Assembly (NCBI GenBank): GCA_036004685.1
Contig: DASYRE010000008.1
Span: forward strand, 35,818 to 99,817
Length of the DNA: 64,000 nucleotides
Direction: 5' to 3'
From: Candidatus Polarisedimenticolia bacterium
GTDB lineage: Bacteria > Acidobacteriota > Polarisedimenticolia > Gp22-AA2 > AA152
Shown here: piece after piece, positions 51,189-59,535 of the stretch
Position numbering within the stretch: position 1 is the first letter of the stretch
Layout of the letters: the number at the start of each line of letters is the position of its first letter
Notes under the pieces: generated by a model
The model's input: the letters and a program-made list of their open reading frames with translations, nothing else
The model's database searches: none
Told to the model about the DNA's origin: nothing
Made by a program: the position numbers and the translations under genes

Positions 51189-51191
51189 CCC
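51077..51191. repeat. Inverted hexamer iteron cluster, putative replication origin
   Basis: GGGTCA at 51077, 51084, 51093, 51141, 51150 and TGACCC at 51109, 51116, 51173, 51179, 51186. Confidence 0.75.
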
Positions 51192-51393
51192 CGCTCCGAG
51201 ATTTATGAGCTCGAAAGGAGGCCGAATGTATGACCCCGAAAGCAAGGACAGCCAGCCGCCCGGCGACGGCCCTGGGGAGCAGGGGAGGGGGTGGGGGTGG
51301 GAGGGATATGGGGGTCAAATCTCTGGAGCTTTTCATTGGAACCGGCGCCCTACCACTTCTCGCGCGGTCGCCATCTAACGAAAAAGGAGCACG

Positions 51394-51900
51394 TTGATGA
51401 AACCAGGCCGAAGGACAGAGCCAGTTGAGTTGAAGCTCTTGAAAGGAAACCCAGGACGGCGACGCTTGCCGCGGCATGAAGCCAAGCCACCCGCTGGCGT
51501 CAGGGCGCCACGCTTTTTGACGAGCACCGCGCGGGCGGAATTCAAACGTCTGTCGCCCTGGCTGGAGAGACACGGCCTCCTCACGCAGATTGATATCGCC
51601 CCCTTCGTCTGTCTGTGTCAGGCAATTGTGGATCATCGTTGGGCGGTCGCCACCCTGGAAAAAGAAGGGATGGTCTCGATGACGAGCAAGGGGACCCCGA
51701 CCATACACCCCGCTGTCCGGATTCAGAGATCCGCAGCGGACGCCATCTTGAGATTCTCAAATGAATTTGGATTGACCCCAGCCGCGCGAGCCGGCCTCGA
51801 CATTGTGCCCGTCGACGATGACGATGACGACGAAGCTTTTTTCGGTCAGCTGGCCCGACACCACCGGAAGAGGGCCTTGGCTCAGGAAAAGAAGCGTTGA
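51394..51900 (+). CDS. Phage terminase small subunit, P27 family
   Basis: GRRTEPVELKLLKGNPGRRRL, APRFL, HPAVRIQ, EFGLTPAAR. Confidence 0.9.
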   Translation: MMKPGRRTEPVELKLLKGNPGRRRLPRHEAKPPAGVRAPRFLTSTARAEFKRLSPWLERHGLLTQIDIAPFVCLCQAIVDHRWAVATLEKEGMVSMTSKGTPTIHPAVRIQRSAADAILRFSNEFGLTPAARAGLDIVPVDDDDDDEAFFGQLARHHRKRALAQEKKR

Positions 51901-51974
51901 CGAAGAGGACAGAGAGTTTCGGCGACTAAAATCTGGCGCCGGGCGAGGCGCCAAAAACCTGGGAGGAGAAGCAT

Positions 51975-52613
51975 ATGGTGCCGTCGCGGTCGGAAGTACA
52001 GAGGCTCTTCGCTCAACTTGATTCCATGAAGCTCCTGGACGACGAGATCGTGAAGGCGTGGTCGAAAGCGGTAGACGCAACGGCTGCGGCGACCGCGGTG
52101 CCAGGACCTCCCGAGTACTACGAGCTCCAGAGTGCGCGGACGAAAGTCGAGCAGGCTGGCGAGTCTGGGGATCGGGACAAGTTGCGCAAGGCGCTCTCGG
52201 AGCTCACCGGGATCAACCGGCTGCGCACGGACCTCGTAAAGCGGAAGGAACGGGCAGTCGAAGATGCATTCAGCGCCCGCTACGCCGCTGCGCTCCTGAC
52301 CAGAAAGCGGATCGGGAAGGTAACCAAGGAGTGCGGTCTGCGAATCGATCGCCTCTGCAAGGAGACCCTGATCGAGGGGGTGATTATGCCCGCGATGATC
52401 CCTCGCGAGGTGGTGGATCTTTATCATCGCGCGAACGCGGCGGCCAGGATTCTCATGGAAAACGTCATGAGCCTTCCGAATGACATAGCTGCCGGAGAGC
52501 CAGTGCTGGGAGCGATCTCCTACGTCGGGTATCCGTACCGGAAAAGCGTGGCGACGTGGGCCGGATTCAAGGTGCGCGAGACGAGTCCCGCAGGCGCCGC
52601 CGGCGCCGTCTGA
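51975..52613 (+). CDS. Hypothetical alpha-helical protein
   Basis: GGGAGG RBS; no recognisable motif; sits between terS and the protease. Confidence 0.65.
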   Translation: MVPSRSEVQRLFAQLDSMKLLDDEIVKAWSKAVDATAAATAVPGPPEYYELQSARTKVEQAGESGDRDKLRKALSELTGINRLRTDLVKRKERAVEDAFSARYAAALLTRKRIGKVTKECGLRIDRLCKETLIEGVIMPAMIPREVVDLYHRANAAARILMENVMSLPNDIAAGEPVLGAISYVGYPYRKSVATWAGFKVRETSPAGAAGAV

Positions 52614-52688
52614 GCGCGCAAAGTCTCGCGCCGCACAAGGGCGAAATCGGATTGCGTGCGCCGTGGCGCGGCCAGGAGAAGGAAGGCA

Positions 52689-53429
52689 ATGCCCAAGAGG
52701 AATCACGAGATCGAAAAACGAACCTTCCCCGCCTCGCTGCAGCTGCGCGGCACGGCACGCGAGCCCGTCCTCGAGGGGCATATCGCCGTCTTCAACCAGC
52801 TCTCGGAGGACTTCGGGGGTTGGCGGGAGAAGATCGCCCCAGGCGCCTTCTCGGAGACGATCAAGCGCGACGACATCCGGGCTCTCTGGAATCACGAGGA
52901 CGGCCTGGTCCTCGGGCGCCTCTCGGCCGGCACTTTGAACCTCTCCGAGGACGCGACAGGACTAGCTTTCAGGAACACTCCCCCGAATACCACCTGGGTG
53001 AAGGATCGGCTCGTGAGCGTTCGCCGCGGCGACGTGACCGGGGCGAGCTTTGGATTCTTCACCGAGGATGACCGCTGGGATCAGCAGGCCGACGGGACCA
53101 AGCTGCGGACACTTCTGAAGGTCACGCTGGTCGAAGTTTCCCCCGGCGTCACGTTCCCGGCGTACCCCCAGACGGACGTCGCACAGCGTTCGATGCGGGA
53201 GTGGTTCGGCTCTGGAGCGCGCGCCGGCGTCGACCCGAATGGCCTCCGGGAACGCCAGCTCCGGCTGCACGAGATGTCCTTAGGATTGCCCAAGGGCTCG
53301 TCGCAGTCTCCGAACCTGGCACGGATCATCCGGCTCAAGGAAATGGAGCGGCAGCTCGAGGCGGACTTGAAGAGGGCCGGCCAGGAGATCGCCGAACGGG
53401 CGCGCCGGCTGCGCCGTGAGAACCTCTGA
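52689..53429 (+). CDS. HK97-family phage prohead protease with a coiled-coil C-terminal extension
   Basis: LEGHIAVFN, EKIAPGAF, LWNH, GTLNLSED..GL, GASFGF, EVSPGVTFPAYPQT. Confidence 0.92.
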   Translation: MPKRNHEIEKRTFPASLQLRGTAREPVLEGHIAVFNQLSEDFGGWREKIAPGAFSETIKRDDIRALWNHEDGLVLGRLSAGTLNLSEDATGLAFRNTPPNTTWVKDRLVSVRRGDVTGASFGFFTEDDRWDQQADGTKLRTLLKVTLVEVSPGVTFPAYPQTDVAQRSMREWFGSGARAGVDPNGLRERQLRLHEMSLGLPKGSSQSPNLARIIRLKEMERQLEADLKRAGQEIAERARRLRRENL

Positions 53430-53611
53430 TGAAGACCTCGGACCTTTTGGAACACCGTCCGCGTAGCTTGGAACATCGCCGGGGCCACGCCGTCGAAAAC
53501 GTTCGACGTCACAGCCTACGCGAAATAGGTCTCAGAATCCGCAACAGGCGACAGGATGAAGGGAGCCGGAAACTCCGCAGTCAGAGTGCCCGTCTCCATC
53601 ATGGCAGATGA
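53429..53611 (+). pseudogene. Possible N-terminal remnant of a major capsid gene
   Basis: TGATG-coupled to the protease; MKTSDLLEHR resembles HK97-type capsid delta-domain starts, then loses similarity. Confidence 0.3.
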
Positions 53612-54059
53612 TCGGCGCATTACCAGATGGTTCCGTCATAATCCACGCGACGGTAGCGAACGCAGGGGGCGGTGGAATGGACCTGGCAAGGTCAGTATCT
53701 TCACACACTCTTGTATTAGCGAACTCGGCGGCGCAAGCACGACTCAGCACGACGATCTTCAGTCCTTGACCTGCAACCGAAAGCGTGCCGCTAGTCAGGC
53801 CTACGAAATGCGGAATGAATGTTCCTCCCACCCTAATGTTCCCGTTACCGTCGACCGGGAGATTCCCGACGCTTACGGTCCCGGAAACGCTTTGCACGGC
53901 CGGGAAATTCGTCACCTCGACTTGAGCTGGTTTCGAGGCTGCGGCCAGGGTCACAGCTCCATCCGGAAGCAGGGCTCTCCTCTCCACGGGAACGCCGGCG
54001 AGGAACGAAAGCGCGGTGACGCAGGCGAGGACGATGCCGAACAGGACGACCTTTCGCAT
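53532..54059 (-). CDS. Secreted hypothetical protein with Cys-rich C-terminus
   Basis: Signal peptide MRKVVLFGIVLAC, VEVTNFPAVQSVSGTV, terminal CHDG..CG..ACCGF. Confidence 0.7.
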   Translation of the reverse strand: MRKVVLFGIVLACVTALSFLAGVPVERRALLPDGAVTLAAASKPAQVEVTNFPAVQSVSGTVSVGNLPVDGNGNIRVGGTFIPHFVGLTSGTLSVAGQGLKIVVLSRACAAEFANTRVCEDTDLARSIPPPPAFATVAWIMTEPSGNAPIICHDGDGHSDCGVSGSLHPVACCGF

Positions 54060-54092
54060 GATGAGCCCCCGAGAGATTTGATGAGCGAGAAT

Positions 54093-54827
54093 CTACGACT
54101 TCGCCTGCCCTTGCACGCCCTTGACGTAGCACGTAACGCCCGCATCGCACTTCCCCTTCCCGGTCATCTTCGGCGCCACGTTGAACGGGTCCTCGCTCTC
54201 ACCGATGGTCCCGGAGCAGTAGCAGGCGCCCGGCGCGTCCTTGGCGGAGTCGCCGAGCTCCGGGAACGCGAGGGAGTAGGCGGCCGCCTTGACGATCTCT
54301 CCATCGGCGGCGACGCGCGGGTCAGAGGAAAGGGAGCCCCAGATGCCGATGTTGTAGACGCCGCCGCGGGCGTTGATCCGAAAGTCCACCGGATTCCAGA
54401 GTGTCGGGTCTCCGCCCATGATGGCCTTGATTTCGAATCCCTTGACCTGGATGAAGTACAAGGTCGAGCCGAACCCCCCGTCCGGCCCCTGCGAAGGATA
54501 GACGCTCTTCTCCGCGGCGAAGGCGGGGCAGGGGAGCAGGAGCAGGGCGAGGATGAGCAGCGGAAGCGCTGGCTTTACCCCCGTCGGCGCTTGCCGCTTG
54601 CCGACTTGCTCTCCATCCAGCGGAGGAACCGGCTTCCCTTCGAGGATCCTTGAGATCCGATTCAGGCGCCATTTGATCCCGTACACCGCGAAGGGGAGAA
54701 AGGCGTAGGCGATTCCAAAGAAGAGGATCGCGGCCCACTTCACGATGGAGAAGAATTCATCCCCAGATATGAGCGGCCCGGCGAAAGGATTCTGCTGAAA
54801 TAGGGCGAGCGTCAAAACGTGTGGCAT
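54093..54827 (-). CDS. Membrane/secreted hypothetical protein
   Basis: Start MPHVLTL with GGAGGG RBS; one TM, then an internal signal-like segment and a Cys-containing domain. Confidence 0.6.
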   Translation of the reverse strand: MPHVLTLALFQQNPFAGPLISGDEFFSIVKWAAILFFGIAYAFLPFAVYGIKWRLNRISRILEGKPVPPLDGEQVGKRQAPTGVKPALPLLILALLLLPCPAFAAEKSVYPSQGPDGGFGSTLYFIQVKGFEIKAIMGGDPTLWNPVDFRINARGGVYNIGIWGSLSSDPRVAADGEIVKAAAYSLAFPELGDSAKDAPGACYCSGTIGESEDPFNVAPKMTGKGKCDAGVTCYVKGVQGQAKS

Positions 54828-55014
54828 AAAGGGTCCCTCCTTTGGCCCCAGGATATACGGTGCTTGCCTGCATCGGTCAAGTCGGAAGCAGTCTGCCACG
54901 GCGGTGACTGCGCGGTGAACCGGAGGAGTCTCTCACTCGGAGACTATTCCGAGCACCTGATTCGACATCGCGGTCCGGATCTTGATAACCTTTCGCGTGG
55001 CGCCGCGGTACATC

Positions 55015-55043
55015 TTGACTATTACTCACTTGTGAGATAGTTT
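55015..55043 (+). promoter_or_regulatory. Sigma70-type promoter for the right-arm cargo genes, with a palindrome in the spacer
   Basis: TTGACT, 17-nt spacer, TAGTTT; CTCAC-TT-GTGAG at 55025-55036. Confidence 0.55.
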
Positions 55044-55195
55044 GTCGGGGGATTGCCAATGCGGTTACCAACTCTCCGGTGCAAACGATGCGGTCATACT
55101 TGGTTTCCGAGGATTCAGCGGAAACCTAAGCGCTGTGCCTCATGCCGATCGCCGCTATGGGATAAGCCTCGCATTCGCGCGAGGAAGAAGGCTAG

Positions 55196-55846
55196 ATGAG
55201 CATTCGCGAGGGAAGGAGCAGGCCCATGCGGCGCCAGCCCGGCCTCGACCGATTCCGGATCACGCCACTTTTTCTGTCGGTTGTTTTCCTGGCTATGCTG
55301 CAGGTGGAAGGAGCGGCTGCCACCCAACGGACTTGGCTCGGAGTGACCGTGTGTAAGCGCCTGGTCATCCGGAAAATCTTCCCCGGGAGCCCTGCCGAAG
55401 CCGCGGGACTCAAAGCTGAAGACCGCATAATCGCCGTCGCGGGCGAGGGGAACGTCGTCGACATTCGAGACGAGCTCCGCGATCTCGAACCGGGCGATCC
55501 GGTCATCATTCGGTTCCAGCGGAGCGGTGCAGCTCAGGAAGTCGTCGCTATTGTCGGGCCAGCCAGAGATGAGGAAGTGTCGCGCGGCACGACGGTTCAT
55601 CTTCCAGCGCTCTCACACGTTGCGGTGCCGCCCGGCGACCCATTGGCGAATCCGGAGTGCAAGGAGAAGTGCGCCGCCATGGTTCCGACTTGCGCGGACA
55701 TCCTTCTGGAGGGTCAGGGTGGGAAGCGGACGATCGGGCGCTGGAAGGGACGGCTGGTACTTTTTGAGGAGGATCTCCGCGGGAACACGTTCAGCGACGA
55801 GAAGGAATGCAAGGAAGCAGTGGAACACTCGTGCGTGAGGTTATGA
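55196..55846 (+). CDS. Secreted PDZ-domain protein
   Basis: Signal/TM segment, WLGV...IFPGSPAEAAGLKAEDRIIAV. Confidence 0.8.
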   Translation: MSIREGRSRPMRRQPGLDRFRITPLFLSVVFLAMLQVEGAAATQRTWLGVTVCKRLVIRKIFPGSPAEAAGLKAEDRIIAVAGEGNVVDIRDELRDLEPGDPVIIRFQRSGAAQEVVAIVGPARDEEVSRGTTVHLPALSHVAVPPGDPLANPECKEKCAAMVPTCADILLEGQGGKRTIGRWKGRLVLFEEDLRGNTFSDEKECKEAVEHSCVRL

Positions 55847-55962
55847 ACTGCGCCGCTATAGGAATTGGATTTGGCTGCATCGCTGGACGTCGGGGCTCGG
55901 AATGCCCTTCTAGAGATCGAGTCCGTTGGTAATGCAAGACAAGGAGGTTCGAGGATTCCAAA

Positions 55963-56313
55963 ATGACAACCTGGATCTTGCTAGTGCTTCTCGTCATGGT
56001 TACCGTTATCGTCTGGGATTTCCATTCCTTATTGACTCGTCTCGCGGATATCGAAAGCAAGGTCGATTCGCATGATAGTGCACTCCAAGAGGGCCTACGC
56101 GAGGGTCTATCGGCAGTGCGACGCGCGATAGAAGAGAGTAGCGTCCGGATTACGCAGGCTATTTTGCGAGAAGGTGAATTCTCCGAACTTAAGCGGGCAA
56201 GATTCAGGCAGGAACAGGAAGAATTCAAGCAAGAGCTTGATGAAATGATATCTGGGTCCATGAAAGACGAAGACCCCCATCGAGATCCAGGATCAGGGGG
56301 TGACTCATCTTGA
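55963..56313 (+). CDS. Small membrane-anchored coiled-coil protein
   Basis: AAGGAGG RBS, N-terminal TM, heptad-rich body. Confidence 0.7.
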   Translation: MTTWILLVLLVMVTVIVWDFHSLLTRLADIESKVDSHDSALQEGLREGLSAVRRAIEESSVRITQAILREGEFSELKRARFRQEQEEFKQELDEMISGSMKDEDPHRDPGSGGDSS

Positions 56314-56545
56314 ACGACCGAAAGGGACCCAACAACACTGTACGGATGCGAGATGTACAGGCGGACGCCGACGCGTGGACGCTTGGTTGCGATTCACGAT
56401 TCGTTCTATGTCATGCCCGAGGGAATTCCGAGGGGTCCGCGGAAGCTTCCGGACGATCGCCGATGAAGAATCTATCACACGCGAGCGGGCCGCTTGACGC
56501 TGGAGGCAGTTACGTTCCGGATCGTCCGGGGCGGGAAGGAAGCTG
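56308..56545 (+). repeat. Junction unit A: degenerate integrase 5' end plus conserved block and RBS tail
   Basis: AACGACCGAAAG...ATGTACAGGCGGACGCCGACGCG versus integrase AGCGATCGAAAAG...ATGTACAGCCGGACTCCGACGCG. Confidence 0.85.
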
Positions 56546-57373
56546 ATGGACGATAAAGAATGGCATGAGTTTGTGACGGAAAGGGGGTTGAACTACGAAG
56601 CCATCGAATATGTCCGTCGACTAAACAGACGCCTGATGAAGGCCAGCATTGCGCTCGAGGAAGCTCTGCACGCCGAACCTATGAGTTCGACAGTCAATGG
56701 GAGAATCATTGTTTCGCTCTACCGAAAGGCGGTCAAGACGTTCAGGGCCATTGAACTCCTGAAGGAGCAAGATCTAATCGAGGAAAGCTGGATCCTCTTG
56801 AGAGCGCTGCTAGAGACGCATGTGAATCTAATCTACTTTCTCCAGAATGATGCGAAAGAGATGTCACGTCGTTTCGTGGACTGGATGTCCTTGGACCTCG
56901 TAAGGCGAGCACGAGACGCCGAATACTTCCGCGGCATTCCTCTTCCAGAAAAAGTTGAGAAGGAAGAATTTGAGCGAACCGAGGCCGAAATCCGCTCTCG
57001 CTACACAGTCGCGGAATTCGACTCAATCAAGAAAAAGGGCTTTACTGGACTTTCTTTCGAGAAGCGGTCAGAAGCTGTTGGATTTAATGCGGATACCTAT
57101 GCCTACTATAGGGTCTCATCGCGCAATCTTCACACTCTTGATCCAGTTGATTATCCAGCCTTATGGCGCGACATCCCAGAGGATGGCAGGATGACAGAAC
57201 TACTCCTACGATCAAGGCTCCTCGAGCTTGAGACCAATCAAAACATGTTATTGGGCAAGCTCTCGCTTATTCTAAATGGAAGCGTTTTCAAGAACGGTTC
57301 GATCGGTGCCGAGCTCCGGGAAATCGAAACAGCCTTCATGGCCGGCCCCCCAAGGGGCAGCGAAGAAAAGTGA
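56546..57373 (+). CDS. DUF5677-like (HEPN-related) protein
   Basis: LYRKAVKTFRAI, ILLRALLETHVNLIYF, YYRVSSRNLH (pattern recognition only). Confidence 0.6.
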   Translation: MDDKEWHEFVTERGLNYEAIEYVRRLNRRLMKASIALEEALHAEPMSSTVNGRIIVSLYRKAVKTFRAIELLKEQDLIEESWILLRALLETHVNLIYFLQNDAKEMSRRFVDWMSLDLVRRARDAEYFRGIPLPEKVEKEEFERTEAEIRSRYTVAEFDSIKKKGFTGLSFEKRSEAVGFNADTYAYYRVSSRNLHTLDPVDYPALWRDIPEDGRMTELLLRSRLLELETNQNMLLGKLSLILNGSVFKNGSIGAELREIETAFMAGPPRGSEEK

Positions 57374-57556
57374 TGAGCGGTACATCGGGCCAAAGAGACG
57401 GTACGGCGGCGGGATGTACAGCCGGACCCCGGCGTGGAGATTCGCAATTCGTTCTGCGTCATGCCGGACGGAAAGAAGCCGCCTCGCGCCGGGCTCAGGA
57501 CCGTTGACACAAAGGTGATGGACTTCAAGACTCCGAAGACGGTTGCGGCTTAAGCG
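57371..57556 (+). repeat. Junction unit B
   Basis: TGATGAGCG...TACGGCGGCGGGATGTACAGCCGGACCCC, then GAGATTCGCAATTCGTTCTGCGTCATGCCGGA. Confidence 0.88.
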
Positions 57557-58291
57557 ATGCCGGAGGGCGAGAGATTGGCTGCGAAATGGCTCATCGGATT
57601 CTGCGTGATCGCCTTGGTGCTATTTGGGATCTCTGTGGCCGACTGCATCAACAATGATAGTCAGTGTTCTGCAGATCCTTGCGTTCGCCAATGGGTCCAC
57701 TGTGCCGCAAGTGTCGTAACACCCGCACTACTCACGGTCGGCCTTGGGGGTCTAGTCGCATGGTGGTATCAGCGTCGCAACAAGGTAATGGAGTTTCAGT
57801 TCAACGCAGTCAGAGAGGCAAACCGAGCCTACAAGGATCTTTTCGACGCCGGGTGGGGCCAATTCAACCATGAGGTAAGAATGGCTCGCCCGGAGCCGCA
57901 TCTAGAGCGGTTGAAGGAGAAACACCGGGAACTCGACGCTCTAAAGAGCGCCCAGCGCAAGGCGAATATCGAAGCTCTCGCAGTCGGACAGATGAATTGC
58001 CTGCTGTTCGTGACTTCCACTCAGGAGCATTGGCAGAGACTCGTGAGCAGATTCGAGATGGCATTTCGCTCTAAGAGCCTATGGGATAAGTTTGAGATGC
58101 TGGAGTCTATGAAAGAGGACAGGAGCAAGTTTTTGCGTGCGGCCGGCCAGGAAATCGGTCTGCCTTATAGAGAGCTCATCCCTGAGGATCCAGAGGGACG
58201 GGAGTGCAGGCGAGCGGAGACTCTTAAAAGCCTAGAGGAAATTGAACCGAGGGACGGCCCGAAGCCTCCGAACCAGACCGGGCGGAATTGA
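57557..58291 (+). CDS. Two-TM membrane hypothetical protein with a helical cytoplasmic domain
   Basis: Two hydrophobic segments flanking a Cys-containing loop, then WWYQRR and a coiled region. Confidence 0.65.
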   Translation: MPEGERLAAKWLIGFCVIALVLFGISVADCINNDSQCSADPCVRQWVHCAASVVTPALLTVGLGGLVAWWYQRRNKVMEFQFNAVREANRAYKDLFDAGWGQFNHEVRMARPEPHLERLKEKHRELDALKSAQRKANIEALAVGQMNCLLFVTSTQEHWQRLVSRFEMAFRSKSLWDKFEMLESMKEDRSKFLRAAGQEIGLPYRELIPEDPEGRECRRAETLKSLEEIEPRDGPKPPNQTGRN

Positions 58292-58485
58292 GGAAACGGC
58301 GAGCGATGGAACGAACTCGAGATTCGCAATTCATTTTGCGTCATGCCGGAAGGAATACCGAGAGGTCCACGCGGAGGTCTCCGAACAATCGAGATGAAGC
58401 CGAAGGCCGTTGATCCTATCAAACACGAGCAGGCCGAGGCGATGACGTTCCGGCTCGTCCAGGGCGGGGAAGGAGGGGGTAAGCC
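58289..58485 (+). repeat. Junction unit C
   Basis: 58319-58350 matches 57437-57468 at 30/32; tail GAGGCGATGACGTTCCGGCTCGTCCAGGGCGGGGAAGGA matches the tail of unit A. Confidence 0.88.
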
Positions 58486-59055
58486 GTGGAATTCCGTCTG
58501 ACCTATCGGGGTGATCTGAGATCGAACGGAGACCTTCGTCACAAGTGGGAGATCAGGAAAGCGTTTCACCCTCAGCTGAAGGATCTGTGGGGCCAGGAAC
58601 CTCTGATAGGGGTCGCCCGCCCGGACCAGTGGGATCTCGGCGAATTATGCGTTATGAAATCGCCGGGGGAATGGCCGGTCAGCATCCCGATTCGCGGATT
58701 CACTTTTCAACCTCTCGTGAACGACCGAATGCATCTCCTTGCCGAGCTCGACATCCTGATGTTGAGGCCTGGGCCTCCAGGCTCTCTCGTTCGTCACGGG
58801 GGAGACATAGACAACCGTCTGAAGACGCTTCTTGATGCGCTCCGAATGCCGAGCGCAGCTGAAATAACGTCCGGGCCCAATTCCGACGAAACGCCCTTTT
58901 ACTGCCTGCTCGAGGACGACCGCTTCATTACCGGTCTCCTCGTAAGGACTGACCGCCTTTTAGACGCGAGAGATCCGGCTGAAGTGGTCTTGACCATCAA
59001 GGTCAGGATCCATGCAGGGAAGACGATCATTTCCAACCTGGGGATTATTGGGTGA
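58486..59055 (+). CDS. RusA-like nuclease-fold protein
   Basis: GDIDNRLKTLLDAL and LLEDDRFI match the RusA acidic catalytic pattern. Confidence 0.55.
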   Translation: MEFRLTYRGDLRSNGDLRHKWEIRKAFHPQLKDLWGQEPLIGVARPDQWDLGELCVMKSPGEWPVSIPIRGFTFQPLVNDRMHLLAELDILMLRPGPPGSLVRHGGDIDNRLKTLLDALRMPSAAEITSGPNSDETPFYCLLEDDRFITGLLVRTDRLLDARDPAEVVLTIKVRIHAGKTIISNLGIIG

Positions 59056-59060
59056 TTGGA

Positions 59061-59134
59061 TCTGATCAGCGATGCGCGGGAAACGATGGTACGGTGGCGG
59101 GATGTGCGGCCGGACGCCGACGCGCGGCCCGGCC
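59061..59134 (+). repeat. Junction unit D: near-copy of the integrase start (59532-59610) with ATG changed to ATC
   Basis: TCTGATCAGCGAT...TGGTACGGTGGCGGGATGTGCGGCCGGACGCCGACGCGCGGCCCGGCC. Confidence 0.9.
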
Positions 59135-59386
59135 TCAGCGTAGCGATCCGGAGATTCCTGATGCGGTCGCGGTGGACCCGACGACGGTCCCGTCCCCGTA
59201 CAGCCACGCGGGGTAGTCCGGCGTCTCCGTGTGGGTGTGCGGCTGCTCGGCGGATGCGACATGGCCGCGGAGCACGGCTTTCACGTCCAAGGCCTCCTCG
59301 TAAGTGCCAGCGACGAGGACGAACACAACCGCTCCGGCAATCAGCTTCTTCTCCATTTCGCGTTTCCCTCCAGAATCCAGGGTCAT
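59135..59386 (-). CDS. Small putative secreted protein
   Basis: MEKKLIAGAVVFVLVAG signal-like start with GGAGGG RBS; its stop abuts unit D. Confidence 0.45.
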   Translation of the reverse strand: MTLDSGGKREMEKKLIAGAVVFVLVAGTYEEALDVKAVLRGHVASAEQPHTHTETPDYPAWLYGDGTVVGSTATASGISGSLR

Positions 59387-59443
59387 TCTGACGGGAACCG
59401 GCCGTTCGCGTCAAGAAGAAGAGGAGGCAGGGAAGATGACGGA

Positions 59444-59500
59444 ATCAGCGACCTGGTACGGCGACGGGATCCATTCGAAGCCCCGGGAGGACGGGACGGG
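59444..59500 (+). repeat. Junction unit E (short, deleted)
   Basis: ATCAGCGA-CC-TGGTACGGCGACGGGAT, then GGGACGGGAAGGA resembling the tails of A and C. Confidence 0.6.
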
Positions 59501-59535
59501 AAGGAATAGTTCATGTCGGATGGGAGACGCTTCTG

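Noticed and set aside
51172-51378. Small ORF between primase and terS as an HNH gene or a real protein
   Set aside because: No HNH or Cys motifs; it overlaps the ori and putative cos DNA and is Gly-rich because of G-runs.
55120-55962. Possible further junction units before genes 55196 and 55963 (TCATGCCGATCGCCG; CGCCGCTAT.GGA twice)
   Set aside because: Matches are 8-12 nt and not collinear with the unit; a profile search would be needed to rescue them.
56308-59500. Classical integron attC sites
   Set aside because: No RYYYAAC...GTTRRRY ends or long imperfect hairpins seen, and the integrase does not look like IntI.
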